DNA from: Ramazzottius varieornatus
Taxonomy: Eukaryota; Animalia; Tardigrada
Assembly: GCA_001949185.1 (NCBI GenBank)
Contig: BDGG01000001.1
Location: 1,858,478-1,922,477 of the forward strand
Reading direction: 5' to 3'
Length of the DNA: 64,000 nucleotides
Positions within the stretch are counted from its first letter, which is position 1, and each line of letters begins with the position of its first letter. The notes under the pieces are model-generated. The model saw only the letters and a program-made list of their open reading frames with translations. It searched no databases and was not told the origin of the DNA. Below, in pieces: positions 62,922 to 64,000 of this stretch. A program made the position numbers and the translations under genes.

Positions 62922-64000
62922 ATGGATGGCTTCTTGACCCAGCCGCCACATTTTCGATGGGTTCACGTGTCGAACATGCCGAAAAACGAAGTAAGCCACA
63001 CGGCAGACTTGCTCTTAGACAACACGTAGCCGGCTTCCATTCGTTCGCTGAAGTCAAAGCTAGCTACCCACTAACTGGAAGACTTTCTTTACAGGATGTG
63101 TGCTCCGAGGAACTGCTGCAGTTTGGCTCATTCGTAGACTGGGTGTTCTTTCCCGTTCATGGCGAACTCCGAGATGTGTAAGTAAATTTCAACCCAGAAA
63201 TAGATTTCTTTTCTGTCTAACCCAGTATTTGTTAATCTGGTGTACTGTAAGTTTTTCTTCAGGATGGTATGCCTACCGAACATTTCTTCTTCCAGAGAGT
63301 TCGCAAGAGAGTTAAACGAGCAACATATCCGAGGAACTAAAGTCTTCACCGCCCCGAATGGAATTTCTGACAGATCGGAAGCTCTTGTTAGCCGAAGCTG
63401 CGGCTGGTGGCCTTCCCGAGATCGAAAAGGTTTGTTCCCTCAGTAGGTACAGCGAAAAATTTGTTTAGGAATTACGTTTATCTGTTTTTCAAGTTTTCAG
63501 AAGGATGTGGGAACCATGACGGAAAATTCTACAGCGCTAGATATACTTCAGGCTGCCATCGTGGGGGACCGACTAATCACAGCTGCCTCTACAAAGCCAA
63601 ATTCCGACACAAGGTACTTCCTCATCTTTGATTTTTTAGGGTTAGTAAGGTTGAAACTGCGCTACTTAAGTCACGGATCGTTAAAGCAGTAACATAATAC
63701 TGTAGTAGATTAATTTCCTAGTGAGGAAGCGATTACTGTTCCCGACGGCCTGCACTCTGCGGTGATCTACGAAACGGCTCCGAACGGTCCTCTCAAACCA
63801 GCCGTAACGAAGCTGGCCTCCCAGCGATCCACGCAAATTCATCCATCGCGATCCGTCCTTCCTGCTGCACTTCAAAGGATCGGCGCACCAAAGGGCTTTC
63901 CAAGCAAGCGGACCACCAGCGTGACTGCTAAGCGGACCTCGTTGGAGCCTGCTACAAAGGAGGCAGCGAAGAAGCCGAAGAACGATGCAGCAGAGACGAA
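62922..64000 (+). CDS. 5' part of a multi-exon gene, possibly RRM-containing (truncated by window end)
   Basis: Spliced DVCSEELLQFGSFVDWVFFPVHGELRDV/MVCLPNISSSREFARELNEQHIRGTKVF has RRM-like spacing; the final exon is Pro/Lys/Ala-rich and open to the end. Confidence 0.4.

Overview
This is a gene-dense, intron-rich stretch of a compact invertebrate (probably ecdysozoan) nuclear genome, not a prokaryote; the organism cannot be fixed from the sequence. About 20 spliced genes were reconstructed by hand from GT-AG junctions. They are Cu/Zn SOD, a ciliary-type opsin, a receptor guanylate cyclase, an ELM2-SANT-like protein, two tandem Gly-rich secreted paralogues, two convergent Shisa-like genes, a divergent DYRK kinase, a C2-IPT-RBD-like protein and a coiled-coil gene sharing overlapping stop codons, EFHC2, a third Gly-rich secreted protein, a vasopressin/oxytocin-family receptor, a DegT-family aminotransferase, a DnaJ protein, a small Cys-rich secreted protein, an LRRC71-like gene, DOHH and RPL24. 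The most striking non-coding signal is a dispersed palindrome, AAGTGGCGCAC-N24/25-GTGCGCCACTT. It occurs in roughly 25-30 units, mostly inside introns, with variable spacer sequence but near-fixed spacer length, sometimes in tandem with a 72-73 bp period. The window also holds several other foldback/MITE elements, a decayed Mutator-like element carrying a Ulp1-like protease, a truncated 5S rRNA copy, and 9-25 nt microexons inside conserved motifs. Exon boundaries are manual and approximate, and no database search was run.
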